NCBI GenBank assembly: GCA_027858895.1
Contig: JAQIBX010000178.1
Coordinates: 193 to 64,192 of the forward strand
DNA length: 64,000 nt
DNA from: Desulfuromusa sp.
Lineage (GTDB): Bacteria > Desulfobacterota > Desulfuromonadia > Desulfuromonadales > Geopsychrobacteraceae
Direction of reading: 5' to 3'
The notes beneath the pieces were generated by a model that was given only the letters and a program-made list of their open reading frames with translations, searched no databases and was not told where the DNA came from. Both the position numbers and the translations under genes were made by a program. This document shows positions 63,231-64,000 of this stretch, in pieces. The number at the start of each line of letters is the position of its first letter. The stretch's first letter is position 1.

Positions 63231-64000
63231 TCAATTCAGGGCTTCGGAGAGTTCGGCGCTTTGCTGCAGAGCCTGCTCAATCAATGGCAACAGCGTTTTG
63301 TGATCAAGATTAAACAATTGTGCGGCAGCTTGGGCCAAGTCAGCGGCAGAATCTTTTTCCAGATTCCCTTCCATTAAGGCAGCAATTTTAACGGAAACAG
63401 GGATATCCTGATTTTCCGCTTCATGATGCTCCCCAATTCCCATAATCAAGGCCTCGGGGAATCCCCAGTGCTCAGCCATCTGCGCACCAAGAGTTGCATG
63501 ATCGATCCCGAATAACTGCAGTTCCTGTTCCGCCAGGTTAATTTTTTCGGTTTGCCAGCGTTGATAAAGGGTCCGATAGCGATCCCCTTCACGGTTTGCC
63601 AATATCGGGATCGCTATGTTTTGCAGTAAGCCGATAGTAAACACATCACTCTGGGTGCTTGGGTGCAAGGTTGTTTCTAATATTCTCGCCACAGCTGCTT
63701 GACGGGATGCTGTTTTCCAGAATTGAGCCATGTCGAACCAGGCCGCTTGCTTATTCATAGCCAGGTTGTTTTTTACGGCGACCGAAAGAACCAGAGATTC
63801 CAGGCGCCCGCGCCCCATCAGATTGACGGCGTGTTTGATGTTACTGACCTGTCGTGATAAGCCGAAGGCGGAAGAATTAACTGTTTTGAGAACCCGGATA
63901 TGCAGGCCGGGATCACGTTCCAGTTCTGTGGCAAGTTCGTCAATACTAATTTCAGGATCACGCAGTTTGCCGAGCAGACTGACCACTGCTGAAGAGAAAC
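63231..64000 (-). CDS. HDOD-domain protein (5' end runs off the window)
   Basis: Contains the HDOD-like motif DPGLHIRVLKTVNSSAFGL. The reading frame stays open upstream of the tracked GTG (63986) to position 64000. Confidence 0.75.
   Translation of the reverse strand, partial: FSSAVVSLLGKLRDPEISIDELATELERDPGLHIRVLKTVNSSAFGLSRQVSNIKHAVNLMGRGRLESLVLSVAVKNNLAMNKQAAWFDMAQFWKTASRQAAVARILETTLHPSTQSDVFTIGLLQNIAIPILANREGDRYRTLYQRWQTEKINLAEQELQLFGIDHATLGAQMAEHWGFPEALIMGIGEHHEAENQDIPVSVKIAALMEGNLEKDSAADLAQAAAQLFNLDHKTLLPLIEQALQQSAELSEALN

Overview
This is an origin-proximal chromosomal segment of a mid-GC bacterium. The gene order is: F1Fo atp genes with b and b' subunits, then parA-parB followed by a bactofilin, then rsmG-mnmG-mnmE-yidC-yidD-rnpA-rpmH | dnaA-dnaN-recF-gyrB-gyrA, and later tolQRAB-pal-ybgF. 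That order looks Desulfuromonadales/Geobacter-like, but this is a taxonomic guess I cannot verify here. About 70 CDS are called from the ORF track plus sequence motifs. Reading the DNA directly added rpmH (too short for the track), a perfect parS site, DnaA boxes, a sigma-54 promoter, several intrinsic terminators, and an IS element whose transposase is split by a frameshift. No rRNA, tRNA or CRISPR was found. Four observations stand out. (1) dnaA-dnaN-recF and their spacers (16.2-20.2 kb) form a sharply bounded, extremely AT-rich block with different codon usage, sitting exactly in the canonical position of these essential genes. (2) Three same-orientation DnaA boxes are packed into 30 bp at the start of a 400-bp non-coding gap between folE2 and tolQ, about 31-34 kb from dnaA. 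(3) Twelve same-strand, tightly coupled genes (35.8-46.7 kb) form a membrane/redox cluster with no assignable pathway: DUF547, a symporter-like protein, two metallophosphoesterases, two TVP38/DedA modules (one fused to a MerA/Lpd-like flavoprotein), an FNR-like reductase, a Cys-rich radical SAM enzyme, TetR, an AhpD-like protein and DUF302. (4) Two tandem paralogous genes encode ~73-aa signal-peptide-plus-one-TM proteins behind a near-consensus sigma-54 promoter. All functional calls rest on motif recognition from memory. No database search was possible.
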